A DNA stretch of 64,000 nt, taken from contig OZ024742.1 of assembly GCA_964016885.1 (NCBI GenBank), positions 171,368,001 to 171,432,000 of the forward strand. The letters run 5' to 3'. The notes under the pieces were generated by a model, which had not been told where the DNA came from, made no database searches, and worked only from the letters and a program-made list of their open reading frames with translations. A program made the position numbers and the translations under genes. The stretch is from Eledone cirrhosa (taxonomy: Eukaryota). Positions 41,555-55,428 of this stretch are shown piece by piece (within the stretch, counting starts at the first letter, position 1; each line of letters begins with the position of its first letter).

Positions 41555-42196
41555 TCCTCCTCCTCCTCGCCGACCTATTCCAGAGATGATCTTAGAGCAG
41601 AATCCTCAGACTCATTCCAGCGGACCCTGTCAGAAGCAAGAACCAACGAACCTCATATTATTCAACCATATTGCTCGAGGTCTACTCTTGTTCCTCCTGC
41701 CGGTTGGTTTTTTCCCGTACAATCTGTCCATCGATTCTTCCAGAGACATTCTAAGCTCATGCCCACAGTATCGGTGCTTTGATCGTTGAACTCGGATTAG
41801 TAGCGGCTCTAGCTAGAGTGACTATGTTCTCCGAGCTATTCATTCTATCGAGTAACTTTATTCAACGACCCTGCGGAGAAACCCCATTTCGGCCGTTGGT
41901 ATTCGCGATCGTATTCTTTCGGTCATCAGATTCATAACCATAGGTAAGGGTTGGCATGAAAATCGAATTGAAGATAGCGAGTTTGGCTTTAACACCTACC
42001 TCCCTTCTTGTGATTATCGAATACTGAAACTGGCGCATTACTGCCCCAGCTCCTGCAATTATTGCACTTAATTCAACTTCCAGCCGTGCATCATTCGTGA
42101 AGAGAAGCCCAAGTGGGACTCCATTTACACGTAGAGTGCACTGTGCAGGCTCCCTTGAGAGAACATGTGTCTCAGTTCTTGCAGCAATGATTTTCA
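41555..42196 (-). mobile_element. RTE-clade LINE 3' fragment
   Basis: QCTLRVNGVPL..NDARLEVELSAIIAGAGAVMR..KAKLAIFNSIFMPTLTYGYES..AEMGFLRRV..WFGHV-like remnants. Confidence 0.8.
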
Positions 42197-42315
42197 TATA
42201 TATATATATATATATGAAAATCATTGCTGCAAGAACTGAGACACATGTTCTCTCAAGGAAGCCTGCACAGTGCACTCTACATGTAAATGGAGTCCCACTT
42301 GGGCTTCTCTTCACG

Positions 42316-42465
42316 GACCCATGGTTTTTTACATAGTCCTTTGTTATATTCCAATACCTGATGATATCACCGGATTCATATGGAACCCGGTCATTGAAAT
42401 GATCAAAGTATAATAAACTATTCAAGGATTTACACCAGTCCAGCCTCCTGTTATTTTATTTAATT
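42316..42465 (+). mobile_element. Truncated family C element with a decayed HHR (42354-42411)
   Basis: Matches 7316-7460; the cleavage-site U is mutated to A. Followed by a SINE tail at 42470-42526. Confidence 0.75.
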
Positions 42466-43537
42466 TATAAGGGCGGTGCCCCAGCATGGCCTCAGCCGAA
42501 TGGCTGAAACAGGTAAAAGAGTAAAATATATATATATACAGTATATACATATATATATATAGATATATATACACACACATATATGTATATATATGTGTGT
42601 GTGTGCGTGTGTGTGTTTGTGTGTGTGCGTGCGTGTTTATGTGTGTATGTACATATATATGCGTGTATGTCTGTGTATGTTTAAACTGCACAGGAAAACA
42701 GTAAAGTAGAATAAAGTTTTATATCAATTTACCGCTTGATATAATAGGAAAAGAGTGTTAATCAGAAAATAGAATGAGAAGGGAAGAAACGGAAATATTT
42801 TTCTTTGAGAAAGCACGTGTGTGTTTAGTGAACCATATTGATTTGCACACTAAACAACAGATATATAGGATACATATATATTTGTAGATATTCAGAAGAG
42901 AGGTAATCAAGTCTGCACGCACGTATACGTAAATATACATATATAATATATAGACATGTAAATATATCAAATACATACACGTATTTTTCAGTTGATAAAA
43001 AGCCATGAGAAATTACTTAACTCATGGCCCTATACAGCGTACCACTTATAAGGGTAGAAAGGAGCTTAAGAATGTTCATAATTTTATTTTAATCTCCAAG
43101 AAAATACGCAAATTTAACATGTATACATGCGTGTAACATCAATGTGTATATTCATATGCACAATCATGTCTCCCTTTCTTCTGTGAGGTATATATTCTTA
43201 TACATATTAGGTATATCATAGTTGCTTGTTGCTCAATTTAGTATACACTGAAATGAACAATGGACATTAGTTTTGTTAATATGCCAATTAGTATATTCAG
43301 GCCATTGCTTCTACATTGTTAGACTAGATAAAGCCATCAGTTACGCACGTCTCGTGATTGCTTGCTGATATAGATATCTTCTGATGAGATCCCAATAAAG
43401 ATCGAAAATTGATTGAAATTTTCAATTTATAGCACGATAACTAAATACAACATTTTTTAATGTCTATATACTCAATGGCTATAATTATATCACCAATCAT
43501 GCAGCCTATCTGCAATCTGTTTTCTATACTTATATAC

Positions 43538-43572
<35 letters not shown>

Positions 43573-43806
43573 CATATATATAACTGCTCTGTAAAACAAC
43601 TGATGTTATTACATTGAGCTATTTATCTTACTGGTAATAGGATAGTAATTAATGACTATCTCTCACTATGTAGGGTTTGTGTATATATAATATATTACCA
43701 TTAAAGGTTTTATTGCATACATAACCATAAATAGTACCCTTAATACTATATACATATATATAAACATATATATATGTATATATACATACATATATATATA
43801 TATATA

Positions 43807-43991
<185 letters not shown>

Positions 43992-44269
43992 TTTTACTCT
44001 CATACGTTTTCTAGCCGACTGGCTGAGGCCATGGTGGGGCACTGCTATTGAAGCAACACTTCCTATATCTAGCTTTCTTTGATTGGCCAACGTTCAAAAA
44101 ATGTTTGTTGTTTCCGCCCTTATTTGGGCTTCAGATATATCATTAAAAACTATATGTGCATGTGGGGGTGTGTTGTTATTAGAATTCTTTTTTTTGCCAT
44201 ATCCCAAAACGGACATTTTTATATGTACCGTTTCTGAGAATTTGTTGTGAAAAGTATACGGGTACTTAC

Positions 44270-44403
44270 AAATTTTGTTCCTAGATTTATTACTGCACAT
44301 CTTAACGTAGCCAGCTCTCCTCGAAGATAAGTTACGTTGGTTGGTGTTGGAAGGAAACTTGGCATAGGTGGTGTTGATGTCATTGCGTAGAGTGAGCCAA
44401 GCA
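44270..44403 (-). CDS. Internal coding exon of an Ig-superfamily cell-surface gene (Dpr/IgLON/Lachesin-like, start of first Ig domain)
   Basis: Acceptor ttattttcaacttccAG and donor GTAAGT. The 134-nt exon (phase 1 to phase 0) encodes LGSLYAMTSTPPMPSFLPTPTNVTYLRGELATLRCAVINLGTKF, matching the P.F....NVT...G..A.L.C.V.NLG.K pattern that precedes VSW in Dpr-type proteins. Confidence 0.8.
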
Positions 44404-44564
44404 CTGGAAGTTGAAAATAATAAAAAAGATATTAAATATACAATTAATGTTGTTGTATTATTGTACAATCAATATATAGTCGATATATTGTTTAAACTGA
44501 AAACATCCCTTATAACTATATGTATATAAATCATTGCTATATCAACTGCATAAATGTATGCACG

Positions 44565-44657
<93 letters not shown>

Positions 44658-44728
44658 TTCTCTATCTATCTATCTATCTACCTCCCCCTCTCCACCTCTC
44701 TCTTTGTATATATATATATATATATATA

Positions 44729-44845
44729 GGAAAAAGTATGACCCCGACGGCCGTCGGGGTCATACTTTTTCCTATTACCAACTCCCTAAGTATTGAGTAC
44801 TCTGGTGCGTTATGGTCCATCTGGTTCTTTACCACAACTCCTTCG

Positions 44846-44846
<1 letters not shown>
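44729..44846 (+). mobile_element. Family A element with a short perfect fold-back
   Basis: GGAAAAAGTATGACCCCGACGG-CCGTCGGGGTCATACTTTTTCC followed by the family A tail. Confidence 0.8.
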
Positions 44847-44881
<35 letters not shown>

Positions 44882-46473
44882 TGGTGTGCACCTAAACAGA
44901 AAGAAATAACAGAAATATATTAGTTTAAGGCTGGAATGGAAATACATATCTTTTATCTGTTCCGGCCGATGGGATGTGGCCAAACGGAGCATCGACATTA
45001 AAGCAAATGAGAAGACTTTTTATATATAGAGTGAGCCCGTGGTGGTTAGTGAGAGACACAGGTAGAGAAAGTGTGACATCACTACTGAAAGACGCTAATT
45101 TCTGATACGATTAAAACATGTTGCAATACCCATCTCCACGCCTTTGTTTCATGAATTCTAAATAAAACTTTTAGAAAGTTTTTGACAGTGCGTAGTGTTC
45201 GTATGGCAGACATACATAAAACCTCTACAGTTATTATAATATAAGATATGGTTTTCTAGGGCGTTGACTTGCCAGAATTGTTTTAGTGTGAGACAAAATG
45301 TAAAGAGGTATTATTCAGATACGGCACTCTTTTTCTAAGTTTATATATCGAGGAATTTATCGTTGCCTTTTATCTTTTCGAGGTCAATAAAATGAATTTC
45401 TCTTTAAGTACTGAAATCGATTTAATCGATCAAGGCCTCGCATTATTGTATTGAATGTATTCGTTTAAACTCTTCTCAAAATATGTTCGCTCCTGTGACT
45501 CTAGCAGACAGAAATGTGATGGTGCGGAAAAGCTGGAAAGTTCTATGGGACTTGTATTTTAACTTCAGAGAACCACAATTAAATTGACTTCTGAGTAGAT
45601 CGATCTCTCAAAGCTGAAAGGTGAAGGATAACCGATTAGTCTGAATCTGTTACTCAACTGGTACTTATTTTATCGATCCAGGACTGTTGAAATACCAAGT
45701 AACCTCGGTGGGATTCGAGCGCAGACTGTAACAATGTTCAAAGAAATACAAGGCATTTAATTCTTCTGTTTCTCAAATCTGGCACTCCATAGATACATTA
45801 TCAAAGGGTCATCTCTGTTTTACAGTTTTTCTTAGATTTCTTATTATTGTTGGTGAAATAAATCCAAAGCAAATACCACAGTTAGCGTAAATGCAAATAT
45901 TATTAAGTATATGGTATGTGAAATATGATAGGTTGTGGTAATGAGTAAAGCGAGAGAATGTGCTAGGTTCTTAACTACAGAGCACTGGAATACGTGTTAA
46001 TAAGAGAAATTTAGATTCAACGTTGTGATTGTATACATAAGATAAAGCAGTTAGTACTCAATATGATGATATTCAGTAATGTAAAGTGATACAAACGAAT
46101 TCTTTTACTCATATTAGCTTTACAAGTTAGGTTCTGTAGTTAAGTATATGATCGTAAAATTGTGTTTATATTTCGAATGAATTCATTTTAGCTATATATA
46201 TTTTTCTGGGTTGTGAATACTTTAGATTGTGTTGTAAGAAAGCGCTTGAACACAGCATGCCCAAAAGATTTTGAGGTTTGTTTCAAAATCATTGGTTTCG
46301 TGCTTGAGCCAACTACGTGGTGTATGTGTGTGTGTGTGAAGGTGGTGCTTAAATATGATGGCGATATCGAACTTATATGAAAAAAAACACATATCTTCTT
46401 GTGTGTATGTACTCACTTATACATGCATGTGTCTATATATATATATAGATATATCCATACACACACACACACA

Positions 46474-46600
<127 letters not shown>

Positions 46601-47007
46601 TATATATAATACGTATCTTATTAAAAATAATATCTGAATTCGAACGTTTGAAATAGGCAAAAAAAAAGAAGAAACGGTTTGTCTAAAACAGAAGGTAGAA
46701 AGAAAATGTAGACTCTATAGATTTGTAAAAGAAATGTAGTTAGATAGATAGGTTGTGTTTATGGAGGTCAGGATGCTGATAATAAAAATCTTTAGTGCTA
46801 TATATATTTGAGACGAAGAGAAATTGAATTTCAATAAATCATTTCGAAAATGGAATTTTTGTTGTGTCCCTGCCTCTTTCCTAGGCTATTTTATTTGTCT
46901 GACTATCCAACGATCTCTGTCGTTTTGTCTTTCTGCCTTTGTGTCGTTCTCATTATTTTATCAGACTATTCTCCCCATTCCCAATATTTTCTTTTATATA
47001 TACCTAC

Positions 47008-47106
47008 ATCATCTCATCGATCTATTTTGTGCTATATTTGTATGTTTGTGTGATGTTGTATATTTACGCATTTGTCAAACAGGCACGTCTACACACACAA
47101 CTATCT

Positions 47107-47188
<82 letters not shown>

Positions 47189-47287
47189 AGATAGTTGTGT
47201 GTGTAGACGTGCCTGTTTGACAAATGCGTAAATATACAACATCACACAAACATACAAATATAGCACGAAATAGATCGATGAGATGAT
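47008..47287. repeat. 280-bp near-perfect palindrome centred on (AT)n
   Basis: About 100-bp unique arms in inverted orientation on either side of a self-complementary (AT)n. Confidence 0.9.
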
Positions 47288-47437
47288 ATATATATATATA
47301 TATATATATATACATTATTTATATATACATATATATAGCCAAAAACATATTTACATATATATGTATATATACGCATATACACATATGTATACAAACACAC
47401 ACACACACACACACATATATATATGTGTGTGTATCAG

Positions 47438-47488
47438 GGCTTTCTGATGATTTCCTTCGAATGAAACAGTTCTAGTCCCGTAGAAGCC
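47438..47488 (+). ncRNA. Type I hammerhead ribozyme (family B)
   Basis: ggcttt-CTGATGA-tttc cttc gaat-GAAA-cag..ctag..ccg-TA-gaagcc; 6-bp stem I, U.U at the base of stem II. Confidence 0.62.
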
Positions 47489-47587
47489 ATTTCTATATTA
47501 AATATATATATATGTATGTATATATATATATATATATATACACATTATATACATATATATATATATGCGTATATATATGCGAATATA

Positions 47588-47681
<94 letters not shown>

Positions 47682-48073
47682 TTACATACATACATATATT
47701 TATTATGTTACTAATATTACTCCTTTCTGATACTATGAATTTCGCGGACTGCCACTGATCACGCAATAGGAAGTCATTTTTACATGACCATTTCATATTA
47801 CAAACAAAATGGATGCGGCTGATATAAACAAAGTAATTTTAGCGCACGTACCTTAAGATATTGTGCAAAAGAAAATAAACTACATTTATATAACCAATAA
47901 CCAGCACTCTTACGGTCAGACATATTCAAAACAATACGTCCCCACGCCTACACACACATGTATCAACATTATAATCATCCCCATTGTGTGTCTGTTTTAA
48001 CATACATGACTAGTGGACGCACATACACAAACATATATATATATATGTATATATACACGCACAAACACGCACA

Positions 48074-48115
<42 letters not shown>

Positions 48116-48152
48116 TAAATTATATATATATATATAATTATATATACATATA

Positions 48153-48213
<61 letters not shown>

Positions 48214-48245
48214 AGAATATTTTCGAAACAGCGAGTGGGTTTGAA

Positions 48246-48470
48246 ATTATTAGAAATGTAAGCTATTGCCGTATTTTGACTAAAGAAATTAAAGAAATTA
48301 TTTAGCCTGATAGTGGAGAAATGGAAAAAGATGAGTATTGACGTACACGGGAGTCAATGTACGTCAATACTCATCTTTTTCCATTTCTCCGAGGGTTCTT
48401 AACCCCACTATCAGGCTAAATAATTTCTTTAAATTTCTTTAGTTAAAATACGGCGATAGCTTACATTTCT

Positions 48471-48476
<6 letters not shown>
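48246..48476. repeat. Nested double palindrome in (TA)n
   Basis: Outer arms of about 70 bp; inner 33-bp perfect hairpin at 48314-48390. Confidence 0.85.
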
Positions 48477-48514
<38 letters not shown>

Positions 48515-48635
48515 ATTTACACATATATGTATAGATAGATATATATATGTATATATATATATAAACATTCACACACATATAAATATATATATACATATAT
48601 ACATTCACTAGTACACATACTTGCACATATGACGA

Positions 48636-48683
<48 letters not shown>

Positions 48684-48699
48684 CCGAGAAACATTTGGT

Positions 48700-51340
48700 T
48701 CTCTATGTTTTCTGTTTATATCTAAAGAGTAGAAAGTTGGTGAAGAATAGACTCAATCTTTGGTGGATTGGGTCTGTTTGGTGAAGACATGTCATTTAAT
48801 ACGCCACACAGAAAATGGATTACTTTTATACAATGTTTACCGAGATTTCTGGATATCTCCCGTTGAAAGGAAACGTTCTGTTTAAGTTTCTTTGTTATGA
48901 CTGAAGACGGATACAAAGTGAAATCTCAGAGGAAATAGTAGCCGCTACATAAATTGAGCTACAAATCAATTAGATATCTAAAGTTTATATTGAAATGTAA
49001 ACTGTAGTTGACAGACATGTTTGCAGCCTGAACGAATTATTTTGATAATAAATATTATTTTTGGTACTAATAGATATCAATAGCTGTCCAAACCAGACAA
49101 AGTTTCGTGATACAGAGAAGGCTGGATCAACGTTTTATCGTGATCCGAATGATCATCATGTGAAACTTATCGTGGCTACATTTGTGTAGAAACCTTAAGG
49201 TTCATAGTTGAAACTAGATAAATGTTTGCATTTAACTTCAATGCTGAATGGGATGGGGATGCAGTAAACTGAAGATGGCAGATATACATTTATTTGGAAG
49301 ACAATTGTAAACATTATATAATATTTAAAACTTTCAGATTTCTAATTGTTTGGTAAGTAGCTTGCTCTAAGAGCAGGTGTCGAAACTAAATTACATCGTG
49401 GAAAGACAATCTAGCCATTCATACATAGATCTGTTAATTTCACTTTAAATTACATCTCTGTTTTTATGTCAAGATTTCTGTGACACTGTTTGCCACCGGC
49501 TCATAGAAAATATGATTAAGTGAAAGGGAAAACATTTATTATTCATATTAAATCTCTGGTAAAAAATAATAAAAATGCAATCCTACGTGAAAGTTAAAGA
49601 AATGACAAAGAATAACTTTGGGAAGAATAGGCAAGTGAGTGGTTGTAAGATGTAGTAACAGAAAAGAAAAAGGGATTTGGAGTGAAGGTACACAACCAGA
49701 GAAAACTTTGAGAAATATATAATAGATTAGTTCTGCCTTTATAATTTTCTTTATATAGAGTTATTGGTAACTTTTACAACAGAATAAACATATTTATGTG
49801 TAGATATTTGTGCATTTACACCTAAAATGTTTCTAAATATTGTGCTAACGTATGCTTGATAAAATCTGCATCGATTTAACCCTTTAGCATTTAAACCTTT
49901 AGCATTTAAATCACTATTTTCTGTTTAAACTGATGTTACGGTATTGTTCTCAAAATAATTATGGTGAAATAAGTATGTGAGATAAAAGTCTTTACCGTGA
50001 ATATACTATATTATACATAGAGTAATGTAAATGCTAACATAGAAATTCTAATTAAAAATCAATTTGTCAAATGATCAAATATCTATGTAAAATCTCCGTC
50101 AGTTCCGAAAAGAAGTGTTTCAGTTGATTTGATCAAGGAAGCAGCCTGCTCGTACAATTAACTTGCATGTAGTTGCGTATTCCAGATACATGTCTATCCT
50201 TTGCGTAGTTCTCAGGGGGATTGGACCTGCCACAGGGTAAGACAAAACTGAGCAATTGAATTTCCGCTTCAACTCATTTATATCAGCAACGGAAAATGAT
50301 GTGTATTGCTCAATGATATAAGACTTCACCGGTAATCGCCATCATGACCTTAAGATCGTAACACAAATACCCTACATACTAAGACACATAGACTGCCTGT
50401 AGCCATTGTCCAATCACAGATTATTTTGGATCTGTATAGCAAATAGTCACAAGTTTAGAATAGAGGGCATCGGGTTTGTCCTCTGAAAGCTGAGTTGCAG
50501 GGCTGATTTTTTTTTAGGTTTTACCAGAAAGTTAAGATAAAAATATAAGACCAAATCTATCAAAAATGTTTTCTGTATGTTGATATTATTTGTTTCCTTC
50601 TAGTTATTCAAAGCTTCTACTAATGTGAGACCACACATGAAGTAAATTAAAACTGTTGGTTACTACGTGAGAATTTTATTATTTTTAAAAATCTACTTTA
50701 ATATTTCAATATTCGCTGCTATTTCTATTACGCTACTTTCATTCAATTACCTCAGCTGGTGTCGAGTTTCATGAACATGACAGATATTCTCAAATATGAA
50801 AATGGAAAGAAAAACAGACAGGTACTTCTCAGTAATGTCATAATAAGTTGTTAAATGTATCAAAAATGCGTATTTTTCAAGACATTGCTACAGATTTCAT
50901 CCAATGTAAAATATGTTTATGACTTGTTGGATATTAAGACAAGGTAAAGCATCATGTGGAATCATGTTTTGCTTTCTAAAACATAATCCCATAAAAATAT
51001 TATCAGCTCTAAAACGATGGCAGCTGAATTTCTGAAGAATCTTCCTCCCTGAATACATTACTTTTAAATTGTTTGTTACGAACATATCCATCAAAATATT
51101 TTGGTGTCAACAAAATGGAGCTTCTTCGGTTTCAATGTGGTATATTCAAGTTGTTCAAGCAACAGGACATCCCAATGATGAACTTAATATGCGAGTGTCT
51201 GAGCATTCTACAAGCACGTCTATCCTTAACGTAATTCTCAGGGAAAACATGCTTACTGGGAACAGCAAGGACCCTCCCATTTATCCTGAATATATGAGGC
51301 TGCAGGTAGCGGCTTCATGTTCATTAGGGCAAATTCTCTG
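48700..51340 (-). mobile_element. Possible ancient Ty3/gypsy relic (gag and RT traces)
   Basis: Minus-strand traces: SVADINELKRK..PENYAKDR.VSGIRN (gag-like, with a second PENYVKDR near 51230) and [13 protein letters not shown] (like the RT YPLPRIE motif). Very decayed. Confidence 0.3.
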
Positions 51341-51377
51341 GTTAAATAACAACAATGACAGATATCAAAGTAATAAT

Positions 51378-51597
51378 AATGATTTCTAGTATAGGCACAA
51401 GCCCAGTCATTTGGGCGGAGGGGAAAATCGATTAAATCGACCCCATACGTTCCTGGTGCTTTATTTTATCGACCCCGTAAGGATGAAAGGCAAAGTTAAC
51501 CTCGGCGGGATTTGAACTCAGATCATAAAGGGCCGTAACTCTATGCTACAAAGCATGACGCCCGGCCCTCTACCGATACTGCCAATCCACCACCCTT
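51378..51597 (-). mobile_element. tRNA-derived SINE (same family as 14256)
   Basis: Full reverse-complement copy with A box, B box and conserved body. Confidence 0.85.
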
Positions 51598-52666
51598 ATA
51601 ATAATAATAGTAATAATAAGAATAATGAACATACAACTCAATGATAATCAACAATACAGTAACCTAAATAGATGTAACATTGAGGGAGTAAACGTAAGAA
51701 TATATATACGCTCACGATATACCACATCCAGCTCGCTAGTAGCACACGTGCATGTACATCCACAAGGACACAGGCACAATGGGTATGTAGTATCTGTAAG
51801 GCGATTCACTGAATCTTCCGTAGTACATATGAAGTTTAATAAATTAAGGTATTCCAAAACTCCGTCCTGAGCTATCCATGCGATACCATATCGAAATTAG
51901 TAGAATATACATGTAGTCGAGTGCTTTTAGTCTTAGAGCACAATGGTTTTTCTGGTTGGAGCGACTCAATCACAATCCCAGCTACCAGTTAGGAAACCTT
52001 TTTTTAACAGAGGTTATCTGTGTATGACGGTGTATGGATTTACGTTTACTATCCACCCACTTTGGGGTGGGTGAGAGATGTCTTTTGTAATATGTAAAAT
52101 CTCCCTATTTTGCCTCATTTCTCCTCGTTTTTGGGGCACTTTTTGTTATGGTACTCCCCGTTTGAGTTTTAGAGGTTGGCATGTCTGATATATTAATCTC
52201 CATAACTTATCTGTACGAGAGAAAAACTGATTTATATATTAATTAAAAGACTTTAAAGAGTTATTCAGAACTGGTAGTTAGAAAACGAATAAATGAATAT
52301 AAGAATTCTCAAACAAACATAGGTCGTCGCGGATCATTTTCCACTCCTACCAGCCCTTCTCCAATGGGAAAGGTTCCTGCTAAATCTGAAGTGTCTCTTT
52401 TTCTCAACTCTGCTTACGCATGATATTATGACAGAAAGATATCTCCAACGTTATCTGACAAGTAGTCAATTAGTTATAACGCTAACGCCTACGCAATACG
52501 AAATACAAGAAGGTTGGTGGTGTTTTTTATTTTTTGCACGCTTCATTGATATGCAGAAGCTAGCAGCTGTTACACCCCGTCTTTATATATATACACATAT
52601 TCTCTTTCCTCTCTCTCACCCGCCCATATATATATATATATATTTATACACACACATGTATATATA

Positions 52667-52711
<45 letters not shown>

Positions 52712-53624
52712 ACACACACACACGCACTTATATCGAAACACTATTTACTTGTCGCAGATGTCTTTACGACAATGTTCAACTTTGTTACCAATTCAAGTGG
52801 AACATGTCGCGTTGTAGGAATCAATATAAGATCGAACCTTTTTACGGTAACAAGTTTTTCTATATGGAAACTGTTGTACTAAGAAATTGTAACTGTAACA
52901 TAAGGTTAATACAGTAACATAAAGTGTTAAAATATAAAACAAATCATAATCAATACTAAGTTTTAGTTGTGACTGCGTATCAGAACACTTGTTAAAATAC
53001 TAGTTGACCTGTTGCGTCTATAATGAGCACAAAAGCGTTGAATGAACCCAGGATTCTTTTCTCATATATTCCAGTATTATCGGATATACAGACCAAGAAG
53101 TTTTCATTTTGAAAAAAAACCCAAAAACCAAAAAACAAAAACAAAAAAAAACCAAACATGGTTTGCATGAGAGAAACCCTATAGTTAGTGTTGATTTTTT
53201 GACACGCGCAGTTAACTAAATAAAAGAATGATATTTTAATAAATTATTTCTAAAATATAATTACATAAATGCTTAGCATGACAAGGGAATTTAACTACTT
53301 ACAAGGACAAATGTATGGTTATAACACAATACCTTGTGATTACACAAACATTTTTTATTATTGTAGCAATATATGTTTTCTTGTGTACATTTTAATGAGT
53401 CACTGATGGAGAATTACATATAAATATGTGGCGTATTATTATAGTTGATTTCTGTGTATGGATTAATGAATATATGAAAGAATTTACAGAAATTTAAGAA
53501 AATATCACTCTTTTGCTAGTAAGGTTGTATAGTGGAAGGTTTATATATAAACGCGGACACATTTATAACAGTAGTTTCCTATTCTAAATGCATGGGTTGA
53601 TTTATATGTATGTAAATATGTATG

Positions 53625-54145
53625 TCAGGTCGCTCTAGAGTGCTACTGGTAACATGTAACCCAGTGCAACCTGTCTCATGGTCAAGTCGTCGGCGACTAA
53701 ACCGGCAATCCCACCAAGCTTGCTTGGTGAGGAGGGTGATATTTTGACACCCTGCGGGATGAAATACAAAACCCCGGAAAGGGCGGAGGAACTCAGCAGA
53801 GTCAATGGCCATCCAAATAGTAAATTTTTTTTCACCTGGGAGTGAAAGGACCCCAGGTGTCACAAAACATTTCTAGGAGAAGGAAACTCTGAAAAAAATA
53901 TCCTGCGGCTTCGGAAGTATCCGATGATGTTGACCAGTTCTTCTTTTCGGGTAAAGTTTTCGATGCTCAGAAAGTGAGATTGGTCGAATGCAAGGCCTTT
54001 CCCCACTTAAAAAACCTTCAAAGCACAGGCATTGCTTGTTCAGAATATGTCACAGGTTCGTATGGCTAGTCTTAGCCTAAGAGTTCACCAGGCTCTATGA
54101 TGTGACAAGCGATTACAATACTCTTAGCAGAGTTTGCAGCCATGA
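53625..54145 (+). mobile_element. Non-autonomous RTE-related element with (TATG)n tail
   Basis: Homologous to 27850-28612. Carries RTE-like 5' UTR text (GGCGACTAAACC, CTAGGAGAAGGAAACTCTG) and no ORF. Confidence 0.6.
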
Positions 54146-55388
54146 TGTATGTATGTATGTATTTATGTGTGTGTGTGTGTCTGTGTGTGCGTGTGTTCGT
54201 CAGTGTGTGATTGTATACACCGAGATAGATATAGTGCTATTGACAGAGAAAGAAGATTCCTAGGATGAATGGAATAACTTTAGAAAATTAATGTGATGGA
54301 CGGTAAACAATGTTATAATATAGATTGCTGGCCAACAGTTACATCTATATTAGTTATGGTTTGTTGAGGTGATCACATAATTAAGATCTCTTCTGGACAC
54401 CTATTAAAATACTGTTCTGGGTTGATATTGATCTACAGTACAGAGCACACATTAAATCACTTTACAGAGCACATATTAGATTACTCTTTTGAGGGCACAT
54501 TCATGTAATGTTCTGGATGTAAATTTACGTACTGTTCTGGGTGTATATTGATGTAATTCTCCGGGCATATACGACAGAATTGTTCTGGGTAGGTACTAAA
54601 ATCCCGAACGGAGCACTTAAGAATTGCCCAGAGAACATACTAGAATATTGTACTGGGCACATAATAAAGGACGATTCTAGATATAGGGGGCATATTGTTA
54701 ACTTTGCTCCATGTATAGATTAAATAAAGTAATATGAATAACATTCCTGTAATTTTAATCATCTTTGTTTCTAATGTATGATATAATGATGTTTATAAAT
54801 ATATGTTCTAAATAAATTTTCGAATTTAGGTACACTTTTCCCCCAAATACCTTTTCTTATTCTAAATTAGATTGTGAGTTAAAACATGCTTGAGACCAAC
54901 TGTTGTAATAATTCTACTCGAAACACAACTAGAATTGGCGATAAGGAAGAGAACGCATGATTATAAATCGTATTTGTAAACGAATCCGATCTGCTTTAAT
55001 TTTTCTAAAAAAATATCACCAAAAAACTTCCTAACTATTGCTTACTGACACTAAATATTGTCTTAATGCTGCAGATCTCGGATAATATTTAGAATTGATT
55101 TATTTCTAGAGATTTCTTTTCTAGATATCAGCTTTCCATATTGTTTTCCGTCTCAGAATTTCTTTCTTTCCAAAATATAAAACTTTTCAGGAATTTTTCT
55201 TGCTACAAAGATAACATTTCTAAAACAAAACGAAAGTAAAAAATTCAAAACACACACACAACCCCACCCACACAACAAATTAGGTTGTATACTACACAAT
55301 TTCTATATTTTTTATATTCAATATTATATATAATATTCGTGTTTCCAAAGCTTCCAAAGCAAATGAGATAAAAAAATATCAAATGGCA

Positions 55389-55428
<40 letters not shown>

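Noticed and set aside
41862-42425. 187-aa ORF with an internal duplication
   Set aside because: A chance read-through of the palindrome, a TA repeat and an RTE remnant.
43375-43435. CTGATGA-gatc/gatc-GAAA with a 6-bp stem III
   Set aside because: Stem I does not pair. Counted only as a degenerate candidate and not called as a feature.
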